In this document: in pieces, positions 41,609 through 52,654 of the stretch
How the letters are laid out: every line of letters starts with the position of its first letter
Numbering within the stretch: the stretch's first letter is position 1
Source of the DNA: an uncultured delta proteobacterium
GTDB taxonomy: Bacteria > Myxococcota_A > Polyangia > Haliangiales > Haliangiaceae
Length of the DNA: 64,000 nucleotides
NCBI GenBank assembly: GCA_963848295.1
Contig: CAWKDB010000010.1
Location: 2,784,001 to 2,848,000, forward strand
Direction: 5' to 3'
Position numbers and translations under genes: made by a program
The notes under the pieces: generated by a model
Told to the model about the DNA's origin: nothing
Database searches by the model: none
Seen by the model: only the letters and a program-made list of their open reading frames with translations

Positions 41609-41875
41609 TTACGCCGCTGCCGGTGCGGCGTAGACCGCAACGCGCGTCTTGGACTTGCCGTGGCGCTCGAACTTGACGATGCCCGTGACCTTCGCGAACA
41701 GCGTCCAGTCGCGGCCGATGCCGACGTTATCGCCGGCGTGAAACTTCGTGCCGACCTGGCGAACCAACACGCTACCGGCCTGCACGAGCTCGCCGCCGAA
41801 GCGCTTCACGCCGCGCATTTTGGGCAGCGAGTCGCGGCCGTTACGGGTCGAGCCTTGTCCTTTTTTGTGTGCCAT
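41609..41875 (-). CDS. rpmA: 50S ribosomal protein L27
   Basis: [34 protein letters not shown]. Confidence 0.99.
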   Translation of the reverse strand: MAHKKGQGSTRNGRDSLPKMRGVKRFGGELVQAGSVLVRQVGTKFHAGDNVGIGRDWTLFAKVTGIVKFERHGKSKTRVAVYAAPAAA

Positions 41876-41880
41876 GACGC

Positions 41881-42198
41881 TTACGCCTCGATCGCCGCGA
41901 TCTTCACCGCGGTGTAGTCCTGACGATGACCGTTGCGCCGAACGTAGTTCTTGCGCAGCCGGAACTTGAACACGACGAGCTTCTCGCCGCGGCCTTGCTC
42001 GACGATCTCGCCGGTGACTTTTGCACCCTTGACCGTCGGCTTACCGACGGTGACGCTACCGCCGTCGCCCGACGACAACAGGAGCACGTGGTCGAACACG
42101 ACCTTCGCGCCCGCGTCGCCATCTAGCTTCTCGACGACCACGGTCTTGCCGGGCTCGACTCGATATTGTTTTCCACCGGTTTGGATCACCGCGTACAT
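41881..42198 (-). CDS. rplU: 50S ribosomal protein L21
   Basis: [21 protein letters not shown]. Confidence 0.99.
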   Translation of the reverse strand: MYAVIQTGGKQYRVEPGKTVVVEKLDGDAGAKVVFDHVLLLSSGDGGSVTVGKPTVKGAKVTGEIVEQGRGEKLVVFKFRLRKNYVRRNGHRQDYTAVKIAAIEA

Positions 42199-42316
42199 GA
42201 GACTTCGCTCCGCAAAGGCCTTTACGAATCGCGCACTTTACTGATCGCCGGGACGTCGTCAAGCGGCTTGCGCCGCAGCAAATCCGATCACTAGCCAGAT
42301 CAACGGGTTGGCCGAT

Positions 42317-42380
42317 GGGGACGGAGTAACTTTTGACACCTTGCTCGCCGGCGGAAGGTGTCAAAGGTTACTCCGTCCCC
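42317..42380. repeat. REP-like hairpin (family B variant)
   Basis: GGGGACGGAGTAACTTTTGACACCTT ... AAGGTGTCAAAGGTTACTCCGTCCCC: 26-bp arms with one mismatch, followed by GGTAAGT as at 27643. Confidence 0.8.
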
Positions 42381-42391
42381 GGGTAAGTGGT

Positions 42392-43836
<1,445 letters not shown>

Positions 43837-43948
43837 CGCTCGCCTCGCTCGGCCTCGCGGGCGCTGCCCCGCAGGCTCGCTGCGCTCGCGACTGCTGCCC
43901 CGCTCGGCCGCCGCCTCGCTGCGCTCGACGGACCGCTCGGCTCGCGGG
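43837..43948 (-). repeat. ~110 nt dispersed intergenic repeat (family A), copy between gatA and gatB
   Basis: Homologous to 21545..21653 and in the same orientation relative to transcription. Confidence 0.75.
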
Positions 43949-45407
43949 TCACGCCGCCGGCTCCGGTGGTCGACCGATGTCACCGACCGCGGCTTCGATC
44001 GCAGCGGCCGCGCGCAATAACGTGGGCTCGTCGAGCGGCTTGCCGAGCAGCTGCGCGCCGATCGGCAGGCGCTCGCTGGTGAGGCCGCACGGCACGCTGA
44101 TGCCCGGCAGCCCTGCGAGGTTGCACGACAGCGTGAACACGTCGCCGAGGTACATGTCGAGCGGGCTCGCCTTCGCGCCGAACGCGATACGCGGCGGTCG
44201 GCGTCGTCGGGGTGAGGATGACATCGCAATAGTGGAACGCCTTGTCGAAGTCGCGCTTGATCAGCGTGCGCACCTGCTGCGCCTTCTTGTAGTACGCGTC
44301 GTAGTAGCCGGAGCGCAGCGCGTACGTGCCGAGCATGATCCGGCGCTTGACCTCGGGGCCGAAGCCGGCGCCGCGCGACTTGCGATAGAGCTCGAGCAGA
44401 TCGCTCGCCGGCTCGCGATGGCCGTAGCGGACGCCGTCGTAGCGCGCGAGGTTCGACGACGCCTCGGCCGGCGCGACGATGTAGTACGCGGCGAGCGCGA
44501 GGTGGGTGTGCGGCAGCGAGATGTCGATGATCTCGGCGCCGCGATCGCGGAGTGCAGCGATCGCGCGATCGACGCCGGCGCGGACTTCGGGATCGAAATC
44601 TCCTGGTGCCCCGTCGAAGTACTCGTGCGGCAAGCCGACGCGCAGCGCCCTTGACGTCGCCCGAGCGGACACGGCGGCACCTTCTCGTCGAGCGAGGTCG
44701 CGTCGCGCGGATCGAAGCCGGCGATCGCTTCGAAGATCAACGCGGCGTCTTCGACCGTGCGCGCGAGCGGCCCGACCTGATCGAGCGACGACGCGAACGC
44801 GACGACGCCGTAGCGCGACACCCGCCCGTACGTCGGCTTCAGGCCGACGACGCCGCAGAACGCGGCCGGTTGCCGGATCGAGCCGCCGGTGTCGGTGCCG
44901 AGGCTCGCGGCGCCGAGCCGAGCCGCGACCGCCGCCGAGCTGCCGCCCGAGCTGCCGCCCGGCACGCGCGTCGGATCCCACGGATTCTTCGTCGGCGGAA
45001 CGCGCTGCGCTCGGTCGAAGAGCCCATCGCGAACTCGTCGCAGTTGACCTTGCCGAGCACGATCGCGCCGGCCGCGCGCAGCTTCTCGACGACGGTCGCG
45101 TCGTACGGCGGGATCCAGCCGGCGAGCATCTTCGAGCCGGCGGTGGTCGCGACGCCCTTGCGTGACGATCACGTCCTTCAACGAGATCGGCACGCCGGCG
45201 AGCTGCGGCAACGGCGCGCGTGCCTCGCGCATGCGATCGACGACGTCGGCCGCGGCGCGCGCACCGGCCTCGTCGATCGCGAGATACGCGCCGATCGCGC
45301 GATCGCACTTCGCGATCCGTGCGAGGTGCGCATCGACGACCGCCGCGGCGCTGTGCTCGTCCGGTCGCGATCGCACGCGCGGTCGCCGCGACCGTCAGCT
45401 CGATCAC
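43949..45407 (-). CDS. gatA: Asp/Glu-tRNA amidotransferase subunit A; about five frameshifts
   Basis: [64 protein letters not shown] spread over three frames. Confidence 0.95.
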
Positions 45408-45698
45408 GAGTCGTGCCCCGGAATGATCGCGGGTACGACGAACTCATCGCCCGCGCGCGCCGGCGCTGCGCGCAGCGCATCGTCGACCGGCAGCGACGGC
45501 AGCGCGACGTCCGGGCGCAGCCGGAGATCGAGCGGCACCGCGTGGGTCATCGCCGGCACGTCCGTCGGTATCGACCGCCGCGAGCCGCGAGAAATGCTCG
45601 AGCACCGCCGTGAGCTCGCCCGCGATCTGATCGAGCTCGACCGGCTCGAGGTGCAGCCGGGCGAGGAGCGCTAGCTGTTCGAGCTCGGCTCGCGTCAT
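45404..45698 (-). CDS. gatC: Asp/Glu-tRNA amidotransferase subunit C; frameshift near 45560
   Basis: [15 protein letters not shown], then LRLRPD...FVVPAII in the next frame; GTGA overlap with gatA. Confidence 0.88.
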
Positions 45699-46425
45699 GT
45701 CACGGCGGCGGAGGGATGATAGCTCGGGCTGACGAGCCGACCCGCTAGATCGGCGCCGATCGCGAGGTAGTCGTCGGCGGCGCGGCCGGCGGCGACCGGG
45801 TCGCCGCTTCTCGATCGCAGCGATGATCGTCGCGATGATGCTTGCGCACGGCCTCGCCCGAGAACGCGAGGTTCGCGAGCAGCGGCATGAACCCGCGCAC
45901 GCCGTCGCGCACGGTGTTGATCAGCAGCAGCATGACTTGGTTGCCGGTCAGCTGCGCGAGCGCGACGTAGAACTCGAAGTCGAGCTCGAACAGCTCGAGC
46001 GTCGTCGCGGCGGCATCGGCGCGATCGGCGACCGCGCGCATCTTGGCGACGCTGTCTTTGCCGCGAGCGCGCCGCGAGCTTGCGCCATCTCGCGCCCGAA
46101 GATGCGACGGAACTCGAGCAGGTCGCGGATCATGTCGGGCTTGCCGCCGCCGATCGGCAGCAGGTGTTGCACGAGCTCGATCCCGCCGGTCTCCATGAAG
46201 TTCGGTGACGCGGGTGCCGTCGCCCTGGCGGATCCGGACGAGCCCGAGGTGCTCGAGCTTCTTCAGCGCCTCGCGCAGCGACGCGCGGTTGACCTTGAGC
46301 CGCTTCGATAGCTCGCGCTCCGGCGGCAGCTTGCTGCCCGGTGGGTACTGGCCGGTCAAAATCAGCGAACGCAGCTGCTCCGTGATCTCTTCTGCGACCC
46401 GCTGTTTCTCCACCGGTTTGAGCAT
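45695..46425 (-). CDS. GntR/FadR family transcriptional regulator; several frameshifts
   Basis: wHTH PGSKLPPERELSKRLKVNRASLREAL...QGDGT; FCD-like C-terminus; repaired frame ends at a TGA overlapping the gatC ATG. Confidence 0.88.
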
Positions 46426-46523
46426 CCGCGACCGCCGCGAGCCTAACCCGGACGAGGCACAAAGATGAAGACCATGCGACGTCGGCTTGAGGCGGCGCGC
46501 CCTAGCGTGGTACCTGCTCGATC

Positions 46524-46817
46524 ATGTCGGGTCAGCCTGCGGTGAGCACGCCGCCTGCGCCTCGCGTGCTCGTCGTCGATGACGGCAAGCGCCTCGACGT
46601 GTTCGATGTCATCGGGATCACCGACGGTGTGGTCCGGGTCCGGTCGCCGTTCCTGTTCGAAATCGGCGAGGAGCTCAAGGTCCGGATCGAGCGCGAAGGC
46701 AGCGCCAGCGAGGCGGTCGCCCGGGTCCGCGCCCATGTCGGGCGACGGCGACGACAAGGTCACCGAGCTCGAGCTGTCCGAAGCAGACCGCCGCCGACCC
46801 GGATCGTGTCGGGATGA
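46524..46817 (+). CDS. Small hypothetical protein, possibly PilZ-like beta barrel; probable frameshift near 46742
   Basis: GVVRVRSPFLFEIGEELKVRI...ARV pattern. Confidence 0.45.
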   Translation: MSGQPAVSTPPAPRVLVVDDGKRLDVFDVIGITDGVVRVRSPFLFEIGEELKVRIEREGSASEAVARVRAHVGRRRRQGHRARAVRSRPPPTRIVSG

Positions 46818-47094
46818 CCATCGGCGGACCTCGACGAGGTGACCTACGACCTCGAGGTCGACGGCGAAGCAGGTTCGCCGCGAGACCGCCCGCGCAGTGT
46901 GGGAGCGCGCCGGCTGGGCGACGGTCGCGATCGCGTTTGCCGAGCGCGCCAAAGACGGCGGCTGGAACAGCAAGCTCGCGCTGCTCCGATTCCGCCGCAT
47001 CCACGACGCCTGGTCTCGCCAGAGTCACGTCACGCTCGGCGACGGCGAGGCGCGCGAGCTCGCGCACTTCGTCGATCGCTCGTTTCCGGCGTAA
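46814..47094 (+). CDS. Small hypothetical protein, frameshifted
   Basis: LDEVTYDLEVDG then VWERAGWATVAIAF...LALLRFRR in adjacent frames. Confidence 0.5.
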
Positions 47095-47163
47095 TCGAAG
47101 CTTCATCGCGGCTTCATCGCACCTTCACGCGCCGGCGAACCCGCGCCGGCGAGCATCGAGGTC

Positions 47164-47853
47164 ATGCGGTGCGCGCTATGGCTGAGCCTGGTCGCGTGCA
47201 CGCCGTACAGCGAGGTCACGACGCTCGCGCTGCGCGATCCGAGTCAGGTCGCGGTCGCGATCGCCACGCCGAGCGGGCCGATCGAGCTCCTGCCCGACGG
47301 AGCGAGCCACGCCGACCTCCCGGCGACGAGCCCACCTTACATTGGAGTAGCGAGCAGCGAAGCCTGGATCGAGCGCGACGCGAGCCGGCTCGATGTCTGG
47401 TGTCCGCACTGCGGCGACGATAAGCGGCGCACGCCGATCCTCGGCAACCAACTGACCCTCGACGGCACGCTCGCGCTGGTCACGCACTCGGGCAACGACG
47501 TGCGCGCACACTTCGTCTTTCGCTCGACGCCGCACGTCGGCGCGCGACCGTTGCCGAGGCTCGCGCTCGAGCTCGTGACGCCGGCAGACAACGTCAGCTC
47601 GATCCGCTACGACCGCATCTACGACATCGAAGCCGGCGAACGCAGGTCGGGGCTCGGCAGCTTCGTGGTCATCGGAGCGTTGCTCGCGGTGGTCGGCACG
47701 ACGTTGATCGCGGTCGGTCACCACGACCACGAGAATGGGCTCGAGCTCGCCGGAATCGGCCCGTCCGCGGTCGGCGCCGGGCTGTTGCTCGCGGCCTACG
47801 GCCTGCGCGATGCGCCGCCGAGCACGTGGCGCGGCCGTCGCCACCGTCGCTGA
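47164..47853 (+). CDS. Hypothetical lipoprotein / membrane protein
   Basis: Lipobox LVAC; two C-terminal TM helices. Confidence 0.6.
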   Translation: MRCALWLSLVACTPYSEVTTLALRDPSQVAVAIATPSGPIELLPDGASHADLPATSPPYIGVASSEAWIERDASRLDVWCPHCGDDKRRTPILGNQLTLDGTLALVTHSGNDVRAHFVFRSTPHVGARPLPRLALELVTPADNVSSIRYDRIYDIEAGERRSGLGSFVVIGALLAVVGTTLIAVGHHDHENGLELAGIGPSAVGAGLLLAAYGLRDAPPSTWRGRRHRR

Positions 47854-47884
47854 CGCTAGGCCGCCAGGAGCGGCACGAGGCGCG

Positions 47885-47964
47885 TCCCCGCTCAAGGGGA
47901 CCTCGCCGTGAGGAGTGGCCGTCCTTTGCTCCGCACGAACGGCCGATCGATCGACCGGCTCGGG
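47885..47964 (-). repeat. Solo intergenic copy of the 84-bp repeat (family C)
   Basis: Reverse complement reads CCCGAGCCG...GTGCGGAGCAAAGGACGGCC...CGGCGAGGTCCCCTTGAGCGGGG, matching the unit at 52769..53001. Confidence 0.8.
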
Positions 47965-47991
47965 TCCCGAAGCGCTTCGCGCTTCACCGTG

Positions 47992-50118
47992 CTAGCGCTT
48001 CGACTTGAGGCGCGATTCGAGGATCCGGACCTCCGCCTTCGCGTCGGCGTGGTGCGGCTTGTCCGCGAGGACGCGCTGGAAGATCTCGAGCGCTTCGCGT
48101 TCGCGGCCGAGCATGCGCTCGACTCGGCCGAGGTAGAACCGCGCGGTCACCGACTTCTCTGATTGCGCGGCGGCCTTCGACAGTTGGCCGCGCGTCGCGG
48201 CGGCGACCGCCATCTTGTCCGGCGCGGCGGCGAACTTCGACCACGCGAGCAGGGCGGTGTACTCGGACTCGTTCGGCTGGAGCTCGACCGCGGTCGTGAA
48301 CTCGGCGATCGCGGTGGTGAGCTGATCGCGGCGCAACGCCATCTCGCCGAGCTTGAACGCCTCTTCCGCGCGCATCACGCGCATCGCGAGTTGGTCGGCC
48401 TTGGCGTCCTCGGCGCGCACCGCCGCCTCGCCACCTCGCCGCAGCACGGTGACGTAGTCCGAGCGGCGCTGCGGATCGCTCAGGGTCGCGAACGCCGTGT
48501 TGATCGCCGCGAACAAGCGCTGTGCATCGCGGCGAGCATCGGGAATGCCGAGCGCCGCCAGCCGATCCGGGTGGAGCTTGCGCGCGAGCGTGAAGTACGC
48601 GCCGCGCACCGCGTCGGGCGCGCTGTCGACCGGCACCCCGAGCAGCGTGAAATAATCGGCTCCGCTATCGAGCCGCGGCACGAGCTCGACGATCAGCGCT
48701 TCGGTCTCGCGCGTCGCCGCACTATCGCGGCGGACCCGCGTGATCGGCGGTTGGCTCGACGAGCGCTGCGGTCGCGGCTTCGCCATCTGAGTCGGCGGCG
48801 CGCCACTCGGTGGGCGCAACCGCACGACGTCGTCACCGGTCGGCGTCGTCGCGAACGGGGGCGGTGTCGTGGTCCGCGACGCGGGTGGTCCGGTCAGCGC
48901 CCGGCCCATCGGCGGCGGCGTCGTCGTGCGCGACACCGATGGCGGGGTTGACGTCCGGCTGATCGGCGGCGGCGTCATCGTCCGCGAGACGGGCGGCGCG
49001 GTTGGCGTCCGGCCGATCGGCGGCGGTGTGGTCGTGCGCGACGGGGTCGGCGGGTTGTCGCGGCTCGACGCGCGGCTCATCACCGGCCGATCACCGGTCG
49101 CGGTACGCGCTTGCGTCGCCGGCGCGGTCGACCCGCTGGGCGCGCGCGGGGCCGCCGTCGCACCGCTGGTCGGGCTCGAGCCGCGAGGCCGCGGTACCGC
49201 CGTCGCACCGCTCGTCGGGCTCGAGCCGCGAGGCTGCCGTACCGCCGTCGCACCGCTCGTCGGGCTCGAGCCGCGCATCGCCACGGGAGCTCCGGTCGAC
49301 GCGCGGTCGCGCTGTAGCGTCGCACCGTCGGTCGGCTGATCGATCGGCGGTCGCGACGGCGGCTTGCGCAGCCGCGGGATCGCGGTCGTCGTGCGATTGA
49401 CCGGCTCGGTCGCGTCCGCCGCGCCGCACGACACCAGCGAGTACGCGATCGCGCGAATCGTGCGCCCGTCGACTTCGGGGTGCGCGAGCAGGACCTCGGC
49501 CAGATTCGCACCGTCGCGCAGCGCGACGACGACCGCTCGGTCGGTCTCGGAGAACCCGAACAGCGCGAGGTCGGGCGTCGCCTCCGGTCGGAGCTTGAAG
49601 TAGCCGCCCATCTGGCCGAGCTCGAGCGATAGGCGTTCTTCGACCAGGTTGTTGACCGCGCCGAGGTAGACGATCGTGCGGATATCGAGCTCGCCGCCGG
49701 AGATGATCGGCAAGGCGACCTGATCGTCGACGACAAACTCGCCGCGCTCGACCGAGAACGTGCGAGCCGCGCGCTGCGCATTGACGCGGCGGCGCAGCCG
49801 CTGGGCTTGCTCGGGCGATAGCTTCGCGAGCTCGGCGATCACGTCGACCTCGTCGCGGTCGGGCGCCGTCGCGAGCCGGCGCGCGATCTCGCCGACCTGG
49901 CTGGACGACACGAGGTGGCTGGTCAACGCGACGCGCGCCGCGGAATCACTCGCGAGTGGCGACGATGCACCGACGACGATGCCGCGGGCAAACGCGACGC
50001 AGTACGCCTTGCCGTCGCTGGTCAGCGTCAGCTGGCCCGACAACCCGCGCAGCGCGAGCGCACCGAGCGTGCGGCCCCACGGCCGGTCCGAGACGTTGCC
50101 GCGCGCGAGCTCGGTCAT
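47992..50118 (-). CDS. J-domain (DnaJ) protein with DUF4388-like N-terminus, repetitive linker and C-terminal TPR
   Basis: DYFTLLGV...AYFTLARKLHPDR...FAAINTAFATLSDP; TPR RFYLGRV. Confidence 0.85.
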   Translation of the reverse strand: MTELARGNVSDRPWGRTLGALALRGLSGQLTLTSDGKAYCVAFARGIVVGASSPLASDSAARVALTSHLVSSSQVGEIARRLATAPDRDEVDVIAELAKLSPEQAQRLRRRVNAQRAARTFSVERGEFVVDDQVALPIISGGELDIRTIVYLGAVNNLVEERLSLELGQMGGYFKLRPEATPDLALFGFSETDRAVVVALRDGANLAEVLLAHPEVDGRTIRAIAYSLVSCGAADATEPVNRTTTAIPRLRKPPSRPPIDQPTDGATLQRDRASTGAPVAMRGSSPTSGATAVRQPRGSSPTSGATAVPRPRGSSPTSGATAAPRAPSGSTAPATQARTATGDRPVMSRASSRDNPPTPSRTTTPPPIGRTPTAPPVSRTMTPPPISRTSTPPSVSRTTTPPPMGRALTGPPASRTTTPPPFATTPTGDDVVRLRPPSGAPPTQMAKPRPQRSSSQPPITRVRRDSAATRETEALIVELVPRLDSGADYFTLLGVPVDSAPDAVRGAYFTLARKLHPDRLAALGIPDARRDAQRLFAAINTAFATLSDPQRRSDYVTVLRRGGEAAVRAEDAKADQLAMRVMRAEEAFKLGEMALRRDQLTTAIAEFTTAVELQPNESEYTALLAWSKFAAAPDKMAVAAATRGQLSKAAAQSEKSVTARFYLGRVERMLGREREALEIFQRVLADKPHHADAKAEVRILESRLKSKR
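49152..49275 (-). repeat. Coding tandem repeat, 45-bp unit x ~3 (RGSSPTSGATA...)
   Basis: CGGGCTCGAG recurs at 49171, 49216 and 49261. Confidence 0.9.
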
Positions 50119-50258
50119 CGCCGCCGCTTCCCCCACAGCCGGCGCCCCAGGTACGCGACTGCGCCTACCGCCACGACGACCACGACCAAGCCCACCAGCT
50201 CCGCGTTGCCTTCAGCGTAACCCCACCACGCTGCGACTACCCCGGTAGACCCGTTCAT
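50115..50258 (-). CDS. 47-aa single-TM peptide
   Basis: MNGSTG...LVGLVVVVVAVGAVAYLGRRLWGKRRR; ATGA overlap with the J-domain gene. Confidence 0.5.
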   Translation of the reverse strand: MNGSTGVVAAWWGYAEGNAELVGLVVVVVAVGAVAYLGRRLWGKRRR

Positions 50259-50321
50259 CCGACCAAGGATGGTGGGACCGGCAAGTGGAGTCAATCGCGG
50301 GACCGCTGCTAGAATCACCAC

Positions 50322-51116
50322 GTGAGCACCTCGTTTCCGCTCGATGGCGCCCGCGTTCGGTTCGCCGGCGACACGAATATCGGCCGCAAGCGCGACCACA
50401 ACGAGGACTCGATCTCGCTCCCCGAGACCGGCGAACGCCTCGCGATCGTGTGCGACGGCATGGGCGGTCACGCGTCCGGCGAGGTCGCGAGTCGGCTCGC
50501 GGTCGAGCTGATCGTCGATCACTTCACCGAGACCGGGCGCCAGCAAGTGCTGACCTGGCCGTACAAGGTCGACCGCGACATGCGCAAAGACGTCAATCGC
50601 ATGGTCACCGGGATCATGCTCGCGAACCTCGAGATCTGGGAGCGGTCGCAACGCGAGCAGCGGTTCAAGGGCATGGGCACGACCTGCGTCGCGCTGTATT
50701 TCCTCGACGACCATCTCGTGATCGGTCATGTCGGCGACAGTCGCTGCTATCGCGCGCGCGGCACCGAGATCACGCAGCTGACCGAGGATCATTCGCTGAT
50801 CAACGACTACATCCGGATGAAGCGGGTCACGCCGGAAGAAGCCGAGAACTGGCCGCACAAGAACGTGATCGTGCGCGCGCTCGGCATGAAGGAGACCGTC
50901 CAGGTCGATATCATCACCGAGCAGCCGCGAGTCGGCGACATCTACCTGATGTGCTCGGACGGGCTGACCGGCATGCTCAAGGACGACACGATCCAGCACG
51001 TGCTGATGACCGAGAAGGATCTCGATCGCGCGGCCGAGCGGCTGATCACCGCCGCGAACGAGGAAGGCGGCGTCGACAACATCTCGGTCGTGCTCGCGCG
51101 AGTCGAGGCGGCGTGA
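50322..51116 (+). CDS. PP2C-family Ser/Thr protein phosphatase
   Basis: GRKRDHNED, VCDGMGGH, GMGTT, HVGDSR, MCSDGL, GGVDNISV. Confidence 0.96.
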   Translation: MSTSFPLDGARVRFAGDTNIGRKRDHNEDSISLPETGERLAIVCDGMGGHASGEVASRLAVELIVDHFTETGRQQVLTWPYKVDRDMRKDVNRMVTGIMLANLEIWERSQREQRFKGMGTTCVALYFLDDHLVIGHVGDSRCYRARGTEITQLTEDHSLINDYIRMKRVTPEEAENWPHKNVIVRALGMKETVQVDIITEQPRVGDIYLMCSDGLTGMLKDDTIQHVLMTEKDLDRAAERLITAANEEGGVDNISVVLARVEAA

Positions 51117-51481
51117 CCCGGGCGCTCGCGATCGCCGCCTGGCTGGTCGCGGCGGCGTGCGGCAAGTCCGATTCGGCGGCCAGGCCCGCGGTGGCGCAAG
51201 ATCGACCGCCGCCGATGTCAGAAGCCGAGCTGACCCGCGCGAACGACGCCTGCACCGACTACCTCGCGCGCGTGTGCAAGTGCGGCGAGACCGTCGAGGC
51301 GGCGAAGAAGATCTGCGCCGACAGCCAGGCCCTGCCCGCCGCGCTCAAGATGAGCGTCGATCTCGCGACCGCGACCGAAGCCGAGAAGCTCGACGTGCTA
51401 CGCGCGCAGACCAGCATCCGCCGGATCTCGAAGACCTGCATCGACGGGACCGCGCACCTGCCGGCGCTCGGCTGCCCGTGA
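51113..51481 (+). CDS. Small Cys-rich lipoprotein
   Basis: GTGA overlap with the PP2C gene; lipobox AAAC; six further Cys. Confidence 0.65.
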   Translation: MTRALAIAAWLVAAACGKSDSAARPAVAQDRPPPMSEAELTRANDACTDYLARVCKCGETVEAAKKICADSQALPAALKMSVDLATATEAEKLDVLRAQTSIRRISKTCIDGTAHLPALGCP

Positions 51482-51675
51482 TGGTGACGCTGTCTCTTTT
51501 GTCAATTTACGACACGCCACGAGGCGCTCCCCACGGGCTTCCGACGCGTTTCTGACCTGCTGCCGGCGTCCCCAAGTTGACAAAAGAGACAGCGTCACCA
51601 ATTCATAAATTCATATTCAATGATCCTGCGAGGTTGGGCGCGCATCGCTGGGTGACAATAGAGACAGCGTCCCCA
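51482..51675. repeat. REP-like cluster (family B variant): inverted pair plus a third arm
   Basis: TGGTGACGCTGTCTCTTTTGTCAA (51482..51505) is the exact reverse complement of 51577..51600; degenerate third copy at 51653..51675. Confidence 0.85.
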
Positions 51676-52609
51676 CGATCGAGTCGCCGAGGTTGGTGGC
51701 GTCGGCGGTGGCGCCGGCCCACACGACGGTGCGGGTGAGCGAGCGGCTGGCGCGCGCGCCATCGCCGAGGATGGCGAAGGGGCCGACGGTGACGCCGGCG
51801 TCGATGATCGCACCGGCACCGAGCTTTACCGGCTCGACGATCGTTGCGCTCGGATGGATCCGCGCGGTTGGATCGATGCCGGTCAGGCGGGTCGGCGGAT
51901 GACGCAACGGCGCGCCGGCGAGGAGCGCCCAGTTGCTGTCGAGGTAGCGCTCGGGCGTCGAGTGCTCGGCGAAGTAGCCGTGGTCGTGCTCGTACGCCGC
52001 GACGCGACCGCCCGCGCGGAGCCACGGCAAGTAGCCCTGGCGGATCGAATCGCTCTCGCCATCCGGCAAGCGCGCCATGACCGAAGGCTTCGTGACGTGC
52101 ACGCCGCAGAACATGAAGTCGCCATCGCCAAGGATGTCGGCGACGCGGCCGTCGCGAACATCGACCGCGCCCCAGGTCTTTGCGTCCGGCACGCGGCGCA
52201 CGACCATCATGCCGAGCGGGTCGCCGGCGCGGTGATACGCGGCGACGAGCGCGCTGACATTGAGGTCGAAGATCAACTTGCCGTTCGCCGAGATAAACGG
52301 CTCGTCGCGACCGTCGGGATCGAGTAGCGGTAACGCGTGCTTGATCCCGCCGCCGGTGCCGAGCAGCTTCGGCTCGTGGATGTACTGGATGTGCGCGCCG
52401 AGCGGGCGGCCGTCGCCGAGCTCGCGCTCGATCAGCTCACCGTGATGGTGCGTGTTGATCACGAGCTCGGTGATGCCGTGCGCGACGAGGTTTGCGATCC
52501 CGTACGCTAGGATCGGTGTGCCGCACACCGGCAACATCGGCTTGGGACGCTCGGTTCCGAGCTTGCCGAGCCGCGTCGACAGGCCCGCGCACAACAGCAT
52601 CGCGCGCAT
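51617..52609 (-). CDS. NDP-sugar synthase / nucleotidyltransferase with C-terminal hexapeptide repeats
   Basis: MRAMLLCAGLSTRL, PKPMLPV, EPKLLGTGGG; left-handed beta-helix repeats. Confidence 0.9.
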   Translation of the reverse strand: MRAMLLCAGLSTRLGKLGTERPKPMLPVCGTPILAYGIANLVAHGITELVINTHHHGELIERELGDGRPLGAHIQYIHEPKLLGTGGGIKHALPLLDPDGRDEPFISANGKLIFDLNVSALVAAYHRAGDPLGMMVVRRVPDAKTWGAVDVRDGRVADILGDGDFMFCGVHVTKPSVMARLPDGESDSIRQGYLPWLRAGGRVAAYEHDHGYFAEHSTPERYLDSNWALLAGAPLRHPPTRLTGIDPTARIHPSATIVEPVKLGAGAIIDAGVTVGPFAILGDGARASRSLTRTVVWAGATADATNLGDSIVGTLSLLSPSDARPTSQDH

Positions 52610-52654
52610 CCCTGAAACGTGGCATAGGCGGCGGGGCCACGCTACCGTCGTGGT

